Source: an uncultured Lentisphaerota bacterium (GTDB taxonomy: Bacteria > Verrucomicrobiota > Kiritimatiellia > RFP12 > UBA1067). From it: a stretch of DNA of 64,000 nt. Below are positions 1-11,093 of the stretch, one piece after another. The stretch is from positions 32,926-96,925 of the forward strand of contig ONRL01000005.1 in assembly GCA_900320225.1 (NCBI GenBank), read 5' to 3'. How positions within the stretch are numbered: the stretch's first letter is position 1; each line of letters begins with the position of its first letter. The notes beneath the pieces are model-generated. The model saw only the letters and a list, made by a program, of their open reading frames with translations, did no database searches and was not told the origin of the DNA. Made by a program: the position numbers and the translations under genes.

Positions 1-910
1 CCGCCGTGACGGGGTAGAACGCGTCGGGGTTCTCGACGGAGAGGAGGAGCCCGTTCAGCGTCTGGCCGGCGTAGGCGCCGCCAGCCGGGCGGTACCGCAC
101 GGGGCGCACGCCCATGCCGCAGGCGGGAAGGGGATCCATGAAATCATCGAGGAGCTTCGCGATGTCGAGCCACGGGGCGCCGATGACGCGGAAGGCGAGG
201 GAACCGTGGCGGTCGCAGTCGATCGCGTTGAAGGCCTCGGAGAAGACGGTTGCGGGGTAGAGGGCCGCGCAGTCCCAGCTGCGGATGGCGGGCGAGGGCG
301 GCATGAAGTCGCGCCAGGGGGTACGTTCGGCGTGTGACCAGTCGCGCAGCTTGATCACGGTGAGGTCGAGGTCGAGCTTTTCCTCGCGGACGATGAACTT
401 CGCGCATTCCGCCGGGGTCATGCCGTGGCAGAACGGAACGTTGAGCGGGGCGACGAACGAGGCGAAGGCCATGTCGCGCATCGGTCCGTCGATGATGCCG
501 CCGAGGGGAACGGGGCGGTCCAGCACGGTGACGGCCACGCCGGCCTCCGCGCACGCCTCGAGCATGAGCTTGATCGTGGCGAGATAGGTGTAGCAGCGCA
601 CGCCGATGTCCTGCAGGTCGATCACCACGCGGCCGAGTCCCTCCAGCATCTCCGGCGTGGGGCGGCGCACGTCGCCGTAGAGCGAATGGATGGGGACGCC
701 CCAGAACGGGTGGGGTTCGCCCTGGGTCTTCTCGCCGGCGGCGGCGAAGCCGAACCAGCCGTGTTCGGGCGAAAACAGGCATTTGAGAAGGGAGCCGAAC
801 TCGTTGTTGAGGATGCCGGCGGTGGGCAGCGCCTCGCGCGAGAGAAGGCCGAACGGCTCGGGGCCGACGACGTTCAGGTGCTTGACCAGCGCTTCGTATC
901 CAATGGTCAT
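1..910 (-). CDS. namZ: DUF1343/NamZ-family exo-beta-N-acetylmuramidase, runs off the left edge
   Basis: Manual translation from ATG 910 gives LFSPEHGWFG, HSLYGDVRRPTPEML and IDLQDIGVRCYTY. Absent from the ORF track because there is no stop in the window. Confidence 0.85.
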   Translation of the reverse strand, partial: MTIGYEALVKHLNVVGPEPFGLLSREALPTAGILNNEFGSLLKCLFSPEHGWFGFAAAGEKTQGEPHPFWGVPIHSLYGDVRRPTPEMLEGLGRVVIDLQDIGVRCYTYLATIKLMLEACAEAGVAVTVLDRPVPLGGIIDGPMRDMAFASFVAPLNVPFCHGMTPAECAKFIVREEKLDLDLTVIKLRDWSHAERTPWRDFMPPSPAIRSWDCAALYPATVFSEAFNAIDCDRHGSLAFRVIGAPWLDIAKLLDDFMDPLPACGMGVRPVRYRPAGGAYAGQTLNGLLLSVENPDAFYPVTA

Positions 911-922
911 GCGGGGACTCCT

Positions 923-1792
923 TTATCTTTCAAGCGCCACGCGAAGGGACGCGAGGGCGTGTGCGGTGTTGACGACGGACGGGTCGGCGGGCGGGTCGGC
1001 GGAGACGAGCGCGTCGCTGGCGGCGGCGTGCAGCCAGACGGCGGCACAGGCGGCGAGGAACGCGGCGTCTGGATCGGGGATCGTCTTCGAGAGGTACGCC
1101 CAACGCGCGGCGAGCGCGCCGGAAAGGAGGTCGCCCATGCCGCCGAGGGCCATGAAGGGGTTGCCGGCCGCACATTCAAACAGGTCCTCGCGTCCGGGTG
1201 CGGCCACGAGCGTGTGGGGACCCTTGAGGACGACGGTGGCCTGGTAGCGGTCGGCGATGCGCCGGACGGCGGCGGGGCGGTCGGACTGGATCTCCTCGGG
1301 CGTGCAGGCGAGGAGGCGGGCCGCCTCGCCTGCGTGGGGGGTGAGCACGAGGGTCTGGCTCTCGGCCTTCGTCGGGGCGTGCGGGCGGCTGGCGTACCAC
1401 TTGGCGAGGATGCCGAGGGCGTCCGCGTCGAGCACGAAGCGTCCGGAGCTGCCGGAGAGGATGCGCGAGACGAGCATCTCGCTGTTCTGGGCGGTGCCGA
1501 GGCCCATGCCCATGGCGGTCACGTCCGCGCGCGGGGGCACGCACGCGGGCGTCTGCTTGGTGAAGGTGGCCTCGGGCACGAGCGCGCCGGCGGCGATGCG
1601 CGAGGCGTCCGGCACCACGAGCTGGACGAGTCCGGCGCCGGCCGCGCGTGCGCCGAGTCCGGCGATGACGGGCGCGTGGATGTAGTGTGCGGATCCGCCG
1701 ACGACGGTAACCGTGCCGGCCGTGTATTTATGCAGATCGGCCCGGCGTTTCGGGAACGCCGCGGCGAGCGAAGATGGCAAAGAGGGGCTCAT
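923..1792 (-). CDS. nnrD: ADP-dependent NAD(P)H-hydrate dehydratase (YjeF C-terminal domain only)
   Basis: Motifs HKYTAG, GAGLV, VLDADAL, VLTPHAGEAARL, VLKG and GGMGDLLSG. ATG 1792 chosen because it follows TGGTATAAT. Confidence 0.9.
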   Translation of the reverse strand: MSPSLPSSLAAAFPKRRADLHKYTAGTVTVVGGSAHYIHAPVIAGLGARAAGAGLVQLVVPDASRIAAGALVPEATFTKQTPACVPPRADVTAMGMGLGTAQNSEMLVSRILSGSSGRFVLDADALGILAKWYASRPHAPTKAESQTLVLTPHAGEAARLLACTPEEIQSDRPAAVRRIADRYQATVVLKGPHTLVAAPGREDLFECAAGNPFMALGGMGDLLSGALAARWAYLSKTIPDPDAAFLAACAAVWLHAAASDALVSADPPADPSVVNTAHALASLRVALER

Positions 1793-1930
1793 ACTGCCGC
1801 CATTATACCACAACTGCCGCGCCCTGTTGACGGTCTTATGAAAAAAATATGAAATTCAGTATGGATTTTTCGTCTGCGATTTCGTAAACTATGCGCTCAC
1901 TTTTTAGACGGAAGAAGGAAAGCATAGATA

Positions 1931-4525
1931 ATGAGCAAGAAGCTTATGATCGTCGAGTCGCCGGCGAAGGCGAAGACAATCGGCAAGTACCTGGGCGGCG
2001 ACTTCACGGTGATGTCGTCGGTCGGGCACGTGCGGGATCTGCCGAAGAAGGGACTCTCCATCAAGATCGAGCCGGTTGAAGGAGCCGAGGGCAGCTGGAC
2101 GTTCACGCCGCGCTACGAGGTGTCGGTCGAGAAGAAGAAGGTCGTTGACGAGCTCCGCAAGGCGGCGCGTGCTGCGGACGAGGTGTATCTCGCGCCCGAC
2201 CCCGACCGCGAGGGGGAGGCCATCGCGTGGCACCTGAGCCAGGTGCTGGAGGACGTGACGAAGGGCAAGCCCGTCCACCGCGTGACCTACAACGAGATCA
2301 CGAAGACCGCGGTGCGCGCGGCCGTGGAGAATCCCGGCGAGATCGACCTCGCCCGCGTGGACGCGCAGCAGGCGCGCCGCATCCTCGACCGCCTCGTGGG
2401 CTTCAAGGTGTCCCCGCTCCTCTGGAAGAATCTCCAGTACGGCTATTCGCTCTCGGCGGGCCGCGTGCAGTCGGCCGCGTTGCGGCTTCTCGTGGAGCGC
2501 GAGCGCGAGATCGCGGCGTTCAACCCCGTCGCGTACTGGGTGCTCGGCGTGGAGGCGTCGAAGGGCACGAAGGAGACCTCCTTCATCGCGAAGCTCGCGC
2601 GCCTCGACGACGCGAAGCCCGAGGTGCGCAGCCAGGAGCAGGCGGCCACGCTCGTGGACGACCTCGACGGCGCGGGCCTGCGCGTGGCGTACGTGAAGCG
2701 GCAGCCGAAGACGCGCCACCCGTACCCGCCGTTCACCACCTCCACGCTGCAGCAGGCGGCGTCGAGCGTGTGCGGGTTCTCGCCCCACCGCACGATGTCC
2801 ATCGCCCAGAAGCTCTACGAGGCCGGTCTCATCACCTACATGCGAACGGACAGCGTGAACGTGGCGGCCGTGGCGCGCGAGGCGGCGAAGGAGCTGATCG
2901 TCTCCGAGTTCGGCGCGGCGTTCGTGCCGGAGAAACCCAACTTCTACAAGTCGAAGAGCGGTGCGCAGGAGGCCCACGAGGCCATCCGTCCCACGGACGT
3001 GCGCCTGCACCCCGCCGAGGCCGGGCTGGACGCCGCGTCCACGAAGCTCTACGACCTCATCTGGCGTCGCTTCCTCGCTTCGCAGATGGCCGAGGCGCGC
3101 CTTGTGCAGACGACGGTGGGCCTGGATGCCGAGAAGGACGGCCTGCGCCATACCTACCTCTTCACGGCCTCCACGGCCACCGTTGAGTTCGAGGGCTTCC
3201 TCGCCGTGATGAAGGCCGCGCCGAAGAAGGCGAAGGCCGCCGAGGACGCGGACGAGGACAGCGACGAGGTGAAGTCCCTGCCGCCGCTCGCCGAGGGCGA
3301 GGCGCTCACGCCCGTCCGGTGGCTCTCGGACCGCAAGGAGACGAAGCCGCCGCCGCGCTACTCCGAGGCCTCCCTCGTGAAGGCTCTTGAGGAGAACGGC
3401 GTCGGCCGTCCGTCCACCTACGCGCAGACCATTGAGGTGCTCGTGGACCGCCAGTACGCGACGCGCGAGGCGCGCCAGCTCGTGCCGACGCCGCGCGGCA
3501 TGGACGTGAACGACTGGCTTGTGAAGAAGATCGAGCCGCTGTTCAACGTGGGCTACACTGCCCAGATGGAGGGCGAGCTCGACAAGGTGGAGGAGGGCGC
3601 GGAGCGCGGCAACGACATGCTCTCTGGTTTCTACCGCCAGTTCACCGCCTGGGTGCGCGACGCGCAGGAGCCGCCGCCGCCCACGGAGAAGTTCACCGCG
3701 CTCTTCAAGCTGCTCGACGAGGTGAAGACGTGGCGTCCGCCGATGACCATCGGCAAGCGCACTTTCGGCGACCGCGAGTTCGTGGAGTCCGTGCGCCAGC
3801 AGCTCGCCGAGGGCAAGATGCCCGTTTCCGAGAAACAGCTCCAGGCGCTCGTCAAGGTGGCCGTGGCCTATCGCGACCAGATCCGCGACGGCGAAATGCG
3901 CCTCGTGGACCTCGGCTACGGCCCGGAGATCGACCGCGTGAAGAACGCGCCGTCGGACGAGCTCGTCAAGTGGTGCTTCCAGACGATTGACCGAATCGGC
4001 GGCCTCACGAAGAACCCGTTCCTCAACTCCCTGCGCGAACAGGTGGACCGCGGCCGCGTGCTGTCGGCGAAGCAGTTCGCCATCCTCGCGCGCAGCGTGG
4101 GCGAGAACGCCGGCGCGCTCGACGACGCCGACCAGGTGCGTGCGCGCCTCGCGCCCTACGTGCCGGGCGGGTTCGAGATCGCGCCCGTGGACCCCGCCGT
4201 GCCCGACCTCCTCGCGCTGCTCGAGACCGTCAAGGAGTGGAAGGAGCCCGTGCGCCGCGGCCGCCGCGTCTACAACGACCACGAGTTCGTTTCGTCTCTT
4301 CGCGACCAGTACGCCCGCCGCAGCTCGCTCTCGCCGCGCCAGGTGCTCGCGCTCCGCCGCGTGTGCGTGAACTACCGCGAGCAGATTCCCACGTTCGAGG
4401 AGGTCGCCGACCGCCTCGGTCTCCGGGACCTGCCGCAGCACGAGAAGGCCTCGAGCGCCGAGAAGGACGCCAAGGCGGCCGCCCGTGCCGAGAGGAAGAA
4501 AGCGAGGGGCGCACGTCGCTCCTGA
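1931..4525 (+). CDS. topA: DNA topoisomerase I (type IA) with atypical C-terminal repeats
   Basis: Motifs IVESPAKAKTI, DPDREGE, SAGRVQS, ITYMRTDS and QEAHEAIRPT. Confidence 0.97.
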   Translation: MSKKLMIVESPAKAKTIGKYLGGDFTVMSSVGHVRDLPKKGLSIKIEPVEGAEGSWTFTPRYEVSVEKKKVVDELRKAARAADEVYLAPDPDREGEAIAWHLSQVLEDVTKGKPVHRVTYNEITKTAVRAAVENPGEIDLARVDAQQARRILDRLVGFKVSPLLWKNLQYGYSLSAGRVQSAALRLLVEREREIAAFNPVAYWVLGVEASKGTKETSFIAKLARLDDAKPEVRSQEQAATLVDDLDGAGLRVAYVKRQPKTRHPYPPFTTSTLQQAASSVCGFSPHRTMSIAQKLYEAGLITYMRTDSVNVAAVAREAAKELIVSEFGAAFVPEKPNFYKSKSGAQEAHEAIRPTDVRLHPAEAGLDAASTKLYDLIWRRFLASQMAEARLVQTTVGLDAEKDGLRHTYLFTASTATVEFEGFLAVMKAAPKKAKAAEDADEDSDEVKSLPPLAEGEALTPVRWLSDRKETKPPPRYSEASLVKALEENGVGRPSTYAQTIEVLVDRQYATREARQLVPTPRGMDVNDWLVKKIEPLFNVGYTAQMEGELDKVEEGAERGNDMLSGFYRQFTAWVRDAQEPPPPTEKFTALFKLLDEVKTWRPPMTIGKRTFGDREFVESVRQQLAEGKMPVSEKQLQALVKVAVAYRDQIRDGEMRLVDLGYGPEIDRVKNAPSDELVKWCFQTIDRIGGLTKNPFLNSLREQVDRGRVLSAKQFAILARSVGENAGALDDADQVRARLAPYVPGGFEIAPVDPAVPDLLALLETVKEWKEPVRRGRRVYNDHEFVSSLRDQYARRSSLSPRQVLALRRVCVNYREQIPTFEEVADRLGLRDLPQHEKASSAEKDAKAAARAERKKARGARRS

Positions 4526-4554
4526 CGAATCCCGCCGCCCACGGCGACGCCGCC

Positions 4555-5490
4555 GTGGGGCGCTTCCGTACGTTCCTGCTTGGCGAGCGGAACGCATCGG
4601 AGCGCACCGTGTCGAACTACGAGATGGACATCGCGCAGTTCGCCGCGTTCCGCTGGGGGATGGAAGCCGCCGCGCCGTTTGACTGGGCGTCCGCCACGTC
4701 GGACGACGCCCGGCGCTTCCTCATGGCGTTCGCGCGCGAGGAGGCCCACGCCACGACCACGCGCCGCAAACTCGCCTCCCTGCGCTCCTTCTTCCGCTAC
4801 CTCGTGCGTGAGGGGGCGTGCGCCGCCAATCCCTTCGCCGGACTGCGCGGTCCCAAGTTGCCCAAGCCGCTCCCGAAGGTGCTCTCCCAGGAGGAGGTGA
4901 AGCGATTCCTCTCCGCGCCCGGGCAGGAACTCGCGCGTCGCCAGAAGGAACGCGGCGAGGTGTCTCCCCAGGAGGCGTACGCCTATGCCCGCGACACCGC
5001 ACTTTTCGAGACGCTCTACTCGACGGGCTGTCGTATCTCGGAGGCCGTGTCGCTCACGTGGGGGCAGATCAACTTCGAGACCGGCGGCGTGATCGTGACC
5101 GGCAAGGGGTCGAAGCAGCGCCTCTGCATCCTCGGCAAGCCCGCGCGCAAGGCGCTCCGGACGCTCCGCGCGGCGGCCGACGAGCTCTTCTCGGACGGCG
5201 GCGCGCCCGCCACGAACGTGTTCCTCAACGAACGCGGCGCCGTGTTCCGTCCGCGCGAGGCCCAGCGCCGCATGAAGAAGTGGCTCGCCGCCGCCGACCT
5301 GCCCGCCGACCTCACGCCGCACAAGCTTCGCCACAGCTTCGCCACGCACCTCCTCGACGCCGGCGCCGACCTGCGCAGCGTCCAGGAAATGCTCGGACAC
5401 GCCTCCCTCGCCACCACGCAGATCTACACGCACGTCTCCGTGGAGCACCTCAAGGACGAGTACATGAAGGCCCATCCGCGCGCCCAGTGA
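4555..5490 (+). CDS. xerC: XerC/XerD-family tyrosine recombinase (start uncertain, GTG 4555)
   Basis: Motifs ERNASERT, LYSTGCRISE, GKGSKQR, HKLRHSFATHLL and LGHASLATTQIYTH. Lies downstream of topA. Confidence 0.88.
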   Translation: MGRFRTFLLGERNASERTVSNYEMDIAQFAAFRWGMEAAAPFDWASATSDDARRFLMAFAREEAHATTTRRKLASLRSFFRYLVREGACAANPFAGLRGPKLPKPLPKVLSQEEVKRFLSAPGQELARRQKERGEVSPQEAYAYARDTALFETLYSTGCRISEAVSLTWGQINFETGGVIVTGKGSKQRLCILGKPARKALRTLRAAADELFSDGGAPATNVFLNERGAVFRPREAQRRMKKWLAAADLPADLTPHKLRHSFATHLLDAGADLRSVQEMLGHASLATTQIYTHVSVEHLKDEYMKAHPRAQ

Positions 5491-5644
5491 GCGGATACGT
5501 TCTCCATACATTTTGCATACATTTTCGATACCGCCGACGTGCGGTTCTTTTGACAGTTTCCCCTCTTGTCTGCCGCGGCACGCGCATGGTATCCTTTTCG
5601 CGTGGACGGCGAATCAGGACGCTGCCCCGTGAGAGGAACATGCC

Positions 5645-7180
5645 ATGCTTGCAAAATGTCATTCGGGCGCCGTGTACGGCGTGGACGCGCAGACTGTCGA
5701 GATCGAGGTCTGCGCATCCGACGGCGCGCCGCAGTTCACGATGGTCGGCCTGCCCGACCAGGCGGTGAAGGAGGCGAAGGACCGCGTGTCGACCGCGATC
5801 GGCAACTCGGGCTTCAAGAAGATCGAGTCGAACATCACGGTGAACCTCGCGCCGGCCGACGTGCGGAAGGAGGGTCCGATCTACGACCTGCCAATCGCCG
5901 TCACCCTCCTCGCCGCCACGAACAAGGTGAAGGCGCCGGAGCTTTCCGACTACGCCCTCGCCGGGGAACTTGCCCTCTCGGGCGACGTGCGGCGCGTGCG
6001 GGGCATCCTGCCGATCGTGCTCGAGATGCGCCGCATCGGGAAGCGGGGCATCCTCGTGCCGGAGGAGAACGCGGACGAGGCGTCCGTCGTGGACGGCATC
6101 GACGTGTATCCCGTCCGTAGCCTGCGCGAGGCCGTGGACTTCCTCTCCGGCGCGTTTCCGCTCACCCCGGTGCGCACGGACCTCGCCGCGTGCGTGGCCG
6201 CGAACCGCGATTCGGGTGACGACTTCGCCGACGTGAAGGGCCAGGACGGCGCAAAGCGCGCAATCGAGGTGGCGGTGGCGGGCGGGCACAACCTGCTGAT
6301 GGTGGGATCGCCCGGCGCGGGCAAGACGATGCTCGCGCGGCGGATTCCGTCCATCCTGCCGCCCCTCACGCCGGAGGAGGCGCTGGAAGTGACGCGCATC
6401 CATTCCGTAGCCGGCGTACTGAAGGCGCGCGAGTCGCTCGTGGTGCGCCGTCCGTTCCGCGCGCCACACCACACGGTGTCGGACGCGGGCTTACTCGGCG
6501 GCGGCACGCACCCCGTGCCCGGCGAGGTGTCGCTCGCACACCGCGGCGTGCTGTTTCTTGATGAATTCCCCGAGTTCCGACGTAACGTGCTGGAGGTGAT
6601 GCGCCAGCCGCTTGAGGACGGCCATGTGGCTATCTCGCGCGTGTCGGCGGCGTGCGACTTCCCGTCCCGCTTCATGCTCGTGGCCGCGATGAACCCCTGT
6701 CCGTGCGGCTACGCCGACGACCCGAAACACGCCTGCCGCTGCACGCAGCGCCAGATCGCCGCGTACCGCGCGAAGATATCGGGTCCGCTCCTCGACCGCA
6801 TCGACATCCAGATCGCGCTCCCGCCCGTCCCGTTCCGCGAGATCGTGGACCTGCCCGCCGGCGAGCCGTCCGCCGCCATCCGCGCGCGCGTGGTCGCCGC
6901 GCGGGAGATCCAGAAACAGCGGTTCGCCGGTCTGCGCGGCATCCACTGCAACGCGGAGATTCCGGCGCGCGACCTGCCGCGTTTCTGTCGGCTCGACGCC
7001 GCCGCGCAGGAGGAGATGCGCCTCATGCTCGCGCAGCTCGACCTCTCCGCGCGCGCCTACGACCGTGTGCTGAAGGTGGCCCGCACGATCGCCGATCTCG
7101 CCGGCTCGCCGAACGTCACGGCGGAACACGTGGGCGAGGCCTCGACGTTCCGCGAACTCGACCGCACGTACTGGGACTGA
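5645..7180 (+). CDS. comM: YifB/ComM Mg-chelatase-like AAA+ ATPase
   Basis: Motifs VNLAPAD, GSPGAGKTML, PFRAPHH, GEVSLAHRGVLFLDE and MNPCPCG. Confidence 0.93.
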   Translation: MLAKCHSGAVYGVDAQTVEIEVCASDGAPQFTMVGLPDQAVKEAKDRVSTAIGNSGFKKIESNITVNLAPADVRKEGPIYDLPIAVTLLAATNKVKAPELSDYALAGELALSGDVRRVRGILPIVLEMRRIGKRGILVPEENADEASVVDGIDVYPVRSLREAVDFLSGAFPLTPVRTDLAACVAANRDSGDDFADVKGQDGAKRAIEVAVAGGHNLLMVGSPGAGKTMLARRIPSILPPLTPEEALEVTRIHSVAGVLKARESLVVRRPFRAPHHTVSDAGLLGGGTHPVPGEVSLAHRGVLFLDEFPEFRRNVLEVMRQPLEDGHVAISRVSAACDFPSRFMLVAAMNPCPCGYADDPKHACRCTQRQIAAYRAKISGPLLDRIDIQIALPPVPFREIVDLPAGEPSAAIRARVVAAREIQKQRFAGLRGIHCNAEIPARDLPRFCRLDAAAQEEMRLMLAQLDLSARAYDRVLKVARTIADLAGSPNVTAEHVGEASTFRELDRTYWD

Positions 7181-7183
7181 CCC

Positions 7184-8815
7184 GTGCCGTTCTTCGTGGG
7201 AAGCCGCGATGCGTGTCGTCTCGCGGTGCGCACGGTGGTGCTCATCGCCGGCGCGTGCACAGCATTTGCGATACCCGCGTGCGCGGGACTGTGGCCGCAC
7301 TTCGCCTACCTTGCCGTCGTCGTGTTTCTCGCGGCGTGGGGATGGGGCGCGCGCGGACTGCTTCTGCCCGCACTGTTCGTGTTGGGGGCGCTGGTGGCGT
7401 TCCGGGCGGACGACGCGCGTGCACGCATCCTCGCATCGAATGCGCGCCTCGGCGGCGAACGGCCCGTGCTTGAACTTGAGGTGGAAGGGGATGTGGTGGA
7501 GTGGACGCGGAAGCGTGACGATGCGCCGCTTGTTTCGTTTGCCTCGCACGTGGGGCCGCTACCGCTGCGCGTCGTGTTGCCGCGTCCGACAGAAGGCCTG
7601 CCGCAGATCGGCGAGACGTGGCGTTGCCCGGGTTGGATTTCCCACAAGCCACCACACGAAAATCGCTTCGCGCGCCGCACCCTCTGGGTATCCGGGGAGG
7701 GACGCGCTGCTGCGCGTCAGCAAGGGGAAAAAAGCGCTCCTGCACGTCCGTCCGCCACGCGCGTGGCCCCTGCGCCCACGTACTCCCCCGCCGTCGTCTA
7801 TGCCGCCTGCGCCGAGGAATTGGGGCTTCGCGCGCGCGTGGGACTCGACTGGTGCGCCGAGCTGGCGGGATTCAACCAGGCGATTCTCCTCGGAAGTCGC
7901 GGCGGGCTCACGCGCGAGCGGCGTGCCCTGTTCGCGGCGGCGGGTACGATCCACGTGTTTGCGATCTCGGGTCTGCACGTGATGGTGGTGGCGGGACTCA
8001 TCACGGGATTGCTTCGGCGTTTCGACGTGTCGCTCCGTGCGCGCGGGCTGGTGGCGGTGCCGCTGCTTGTTGCGTACACGTTACTCACGGGAGCGCGTCC
8101 GAGCGCGGTGCGCGCGGCCCTGATGGCGGCGCTCTGGTTCCTGGCACCGGTGTTCGGACGCCGCCCCGATCCGCTTGCGGCCTGGTCGGTCACGGCGTTT
8201 GCGGTGTACCTGTTCCACCCCGAACGGCTGTTTGACGTGGGGTGTACGTTGTCGTTCGCGGTGATGTTCGGGATCGTGTTGTGGATCGACGGCACGCGGT
8301 ATCTCGTCTCGCCGTTGCCGGGCGAAGCGGAGGCGGGATGGCGGAGGATGGATTGGAAGGCGAAACTCCGTCGCAAGGTGGGGGCTTTTGCGCAGGCGAT
8401 GGGCGTGTCGTTTGCGGCATGGGTGGCGAGCGTGCCGGTCACGGCGTGCGTGTTCGGTCGGTTCACGGTGGGCGGGCTTGTGGCGAACGTCGTCCTTGTC
8501 GTCTGCGCGAAATGGATGGTGACCGCCGGCGTGACCGGACTTGTGGCGAGCTTCGTCTGTCTGCCGCTCGGCGCGATTTGCAACAACGCGACGGCGGCGC
8601 TGACGGGCGTGATGGTGCTGGCGTCCGAGCGGGTGGCATCATGGCCATGGGCGAGCGTGGAGGTGCGTCCGTGGGGTGCGTGGGCGTGCCTCGCGTGGTA
8701 TGTTGCCTGGGGCGCGCTCTTCGCCGTCCTCTGCCGCTTCTGGCCCCGCCGCGTACCGTTCCCCCGCGCCTGGTGGTCTCTCACGCAAACGAAAATCCAT
8801 GATTTTGGCAATTGA
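7184..8815 (+). CDS. comEC: ComEC/Rec2 competence membrane protein
   Basis: Motifs GTIHVFAISGLHV and GARPSAVRA, multiple TM segments, no obvious metallo-beta-lactamase tail. Confidence 0.88.
   Translation: MPFFVGSRDACRLAVRTVVLIAGACTAFAIPACAGLWPHFAYLAVVVFLAAWGWGARGLLLPALFVLGALVAFRADDARARILASNARLGGERPVLELEVEGDVVEWTRKRDDAPLVSFASHVGPLPLRVVLPRPTEGLPQIGETWRCPGWISHKPPHENRFARRTLWVSGEGRAAARQQGEKSAPARPSATRVAPAPTYSPAVVYAACAEELGLRARVGLDWCAELAGFNQAILLGSRGGLTRERRALFAAAGTIHVFAISGLHVMVVAGLITGLLRRFDVSLRARGLVAVPLLVAYTLLTGARPSAVRAALMAALWFLAPVFGRRPDPLAAWSVTAFAVYLFHPERLFDVGCTLSFAVMFGIVLWIDGTRYLVSPLPGEAEAGWRRMDWKAKLRRKVGAFAQAMGVSFAAWVASVPVTACVFGRFTVGGLVANVVLVVCAKWMVTAGVTGLVASFVCLPLGAICNNATAALTGVMVLASERVASWPWASVEVRPWGAWACLAWYVAWGALFAVLCRFWPRRVPFPRAWWSLTQTKIHDFGN
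7696..7749 (+). repeat. GGAG-footed REP-like palindrome plus a degenerate second copy inside comEC
   Basis: GGAG-GGACGCG-CTGCTG-CGCGTC at 7696-7718, nearly identical to 48816-48839, followed by GCGCTCCTGCACGTCC. Confidence 0.65.
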
Positions 8816-8840
8816 CCGGGTAAGGGTGTTTTGCTATACT
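8812..8840 (+). promoter_or_regulatory. sigma70 promoter of tRNA-Val/eno
   Basis: TTGACC-17 bp-TATACT with a TG extension. Confidence 0.8.
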
Positions 8841-8853
8841 ATCCGTCGTTTCC

Positions 8854-10144
<1,291 letters not shown>

Positions 10145-10170
10145 CCGAGCCCATGCACAGCATGGCATGT

Positions 10171-10211
10171 CCGCCCGTCGAAGCTCGTCTTTGACGGGCG
10201 GTTCGCTTTTT
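10171..10211 (+). terminator. Intrinsic terminator after eno
   Basis: CCGCCCGTCGAAG-loop-CTTTGACGGGCGG followed by TTCGCTTTTT. Confidence 0.7.
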
Positions 10212-10289
10212 ATTCCGCTTTCAGATCTGCGCCGTTCAACTTTGGCTGAGTTTTTGGTAAACTATTTACCGATTACGATTTGCTTTCCC

Positions 10290-11093
10290 ATGACAGAAAA
10301 AAACACAGACTGCACGGTGGTTGTTGGTTCGTGCGACAAGTACGCGGACCTTCTCGGGCCGTTCATCGCGCTTTTCAGGAAGTTCTGGCCCGACTGTCCC
10401 TTTGAGGTGGTTCTGGTCACGGAGAGCGACCCGCACATCGAGGGTTTTAACAGGACAATTGCCTGCGGCGGAGGAATGAACTGGGCCTCGCGCATGGAGA
10501 GGGCGCTGGGCGAGGTGTCCACGCCTGCCGTGTTGATGCTCTGCGACGACTACTATCTTTCAGCCCCGGTTGAAACGGAGAAGATACTCCTTCGCCTGGG
10601 GCAGATGAAGTCCCTGAACGCCGTCAACTTGCGGCTCATACCGAACCCTGTGCCGAGGAGCGGGAATTCCAAGCCTGCCGACCACGGGCTTATCGAATAC
10701 CGCAAGAACACGGCCTACTGCATCGCGACGCAGGCAGGCTTCTGGGATCGTGAGTTCTTGAAGGGGCTGCTACACGGCAAGACGAGCATCTGGGAGTTCG
10801 AGCGCCATGGTAGTTTTGAGGTGGGCGAGGAATCGCGTCCGCTGCTCGTGACGCCGGAAAAGGAGTTCCCGTTCGTGGATGCCGTCCATAAGGGTTGTTG
10901 GGAGAAGTTCGGCCTCGCCGTGTGCCGCGCGAACGGCATCGAGCCGGATCTCTCCGTGCGCGGCCTGCCGTCGTTCAAGACGCGCTTTGTCGAAGGGTTG
11001 AAAGCACTCATTTTCGCCATTCTTCCGACTACGCTGATCGTCCGCATCCAGAACGCCCTCGGCTCCGGCGCGAAGGAGCGCCCAAACGGATGA
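10290..11093 (+). CDS. Putative GT-A fold glycosyltransferase-like protein
   Basis: SCDKYADL...WPDCP, LMLCDDY and IWEFE motifs. First gene of the polysaccharide cluster. Confidence 0.6.
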   Translation: MTEKNTDCTVVVGSCDKYADLLGPFIALFRKFWPDCPFEVVLVTESDPHIEGFNRTIACGGGMNWASRMERALGEVSTPAVLMLCDDYYLSAPVETEKILLRLGQMKSLNAVNLRLIPNPVPRSGNSKPADHGLIEYRKNTAYCIATQAGFWDREFLKGLLHGKTSIWEFERHGSFEVGEESRPLLVTPEKEFPFVDAVHKGCWEKFGLAVCRANGIEPDLSVRGLPSFKTRFVEGLKALIFAILPTTLIVRIQNALGSGAKERPNG

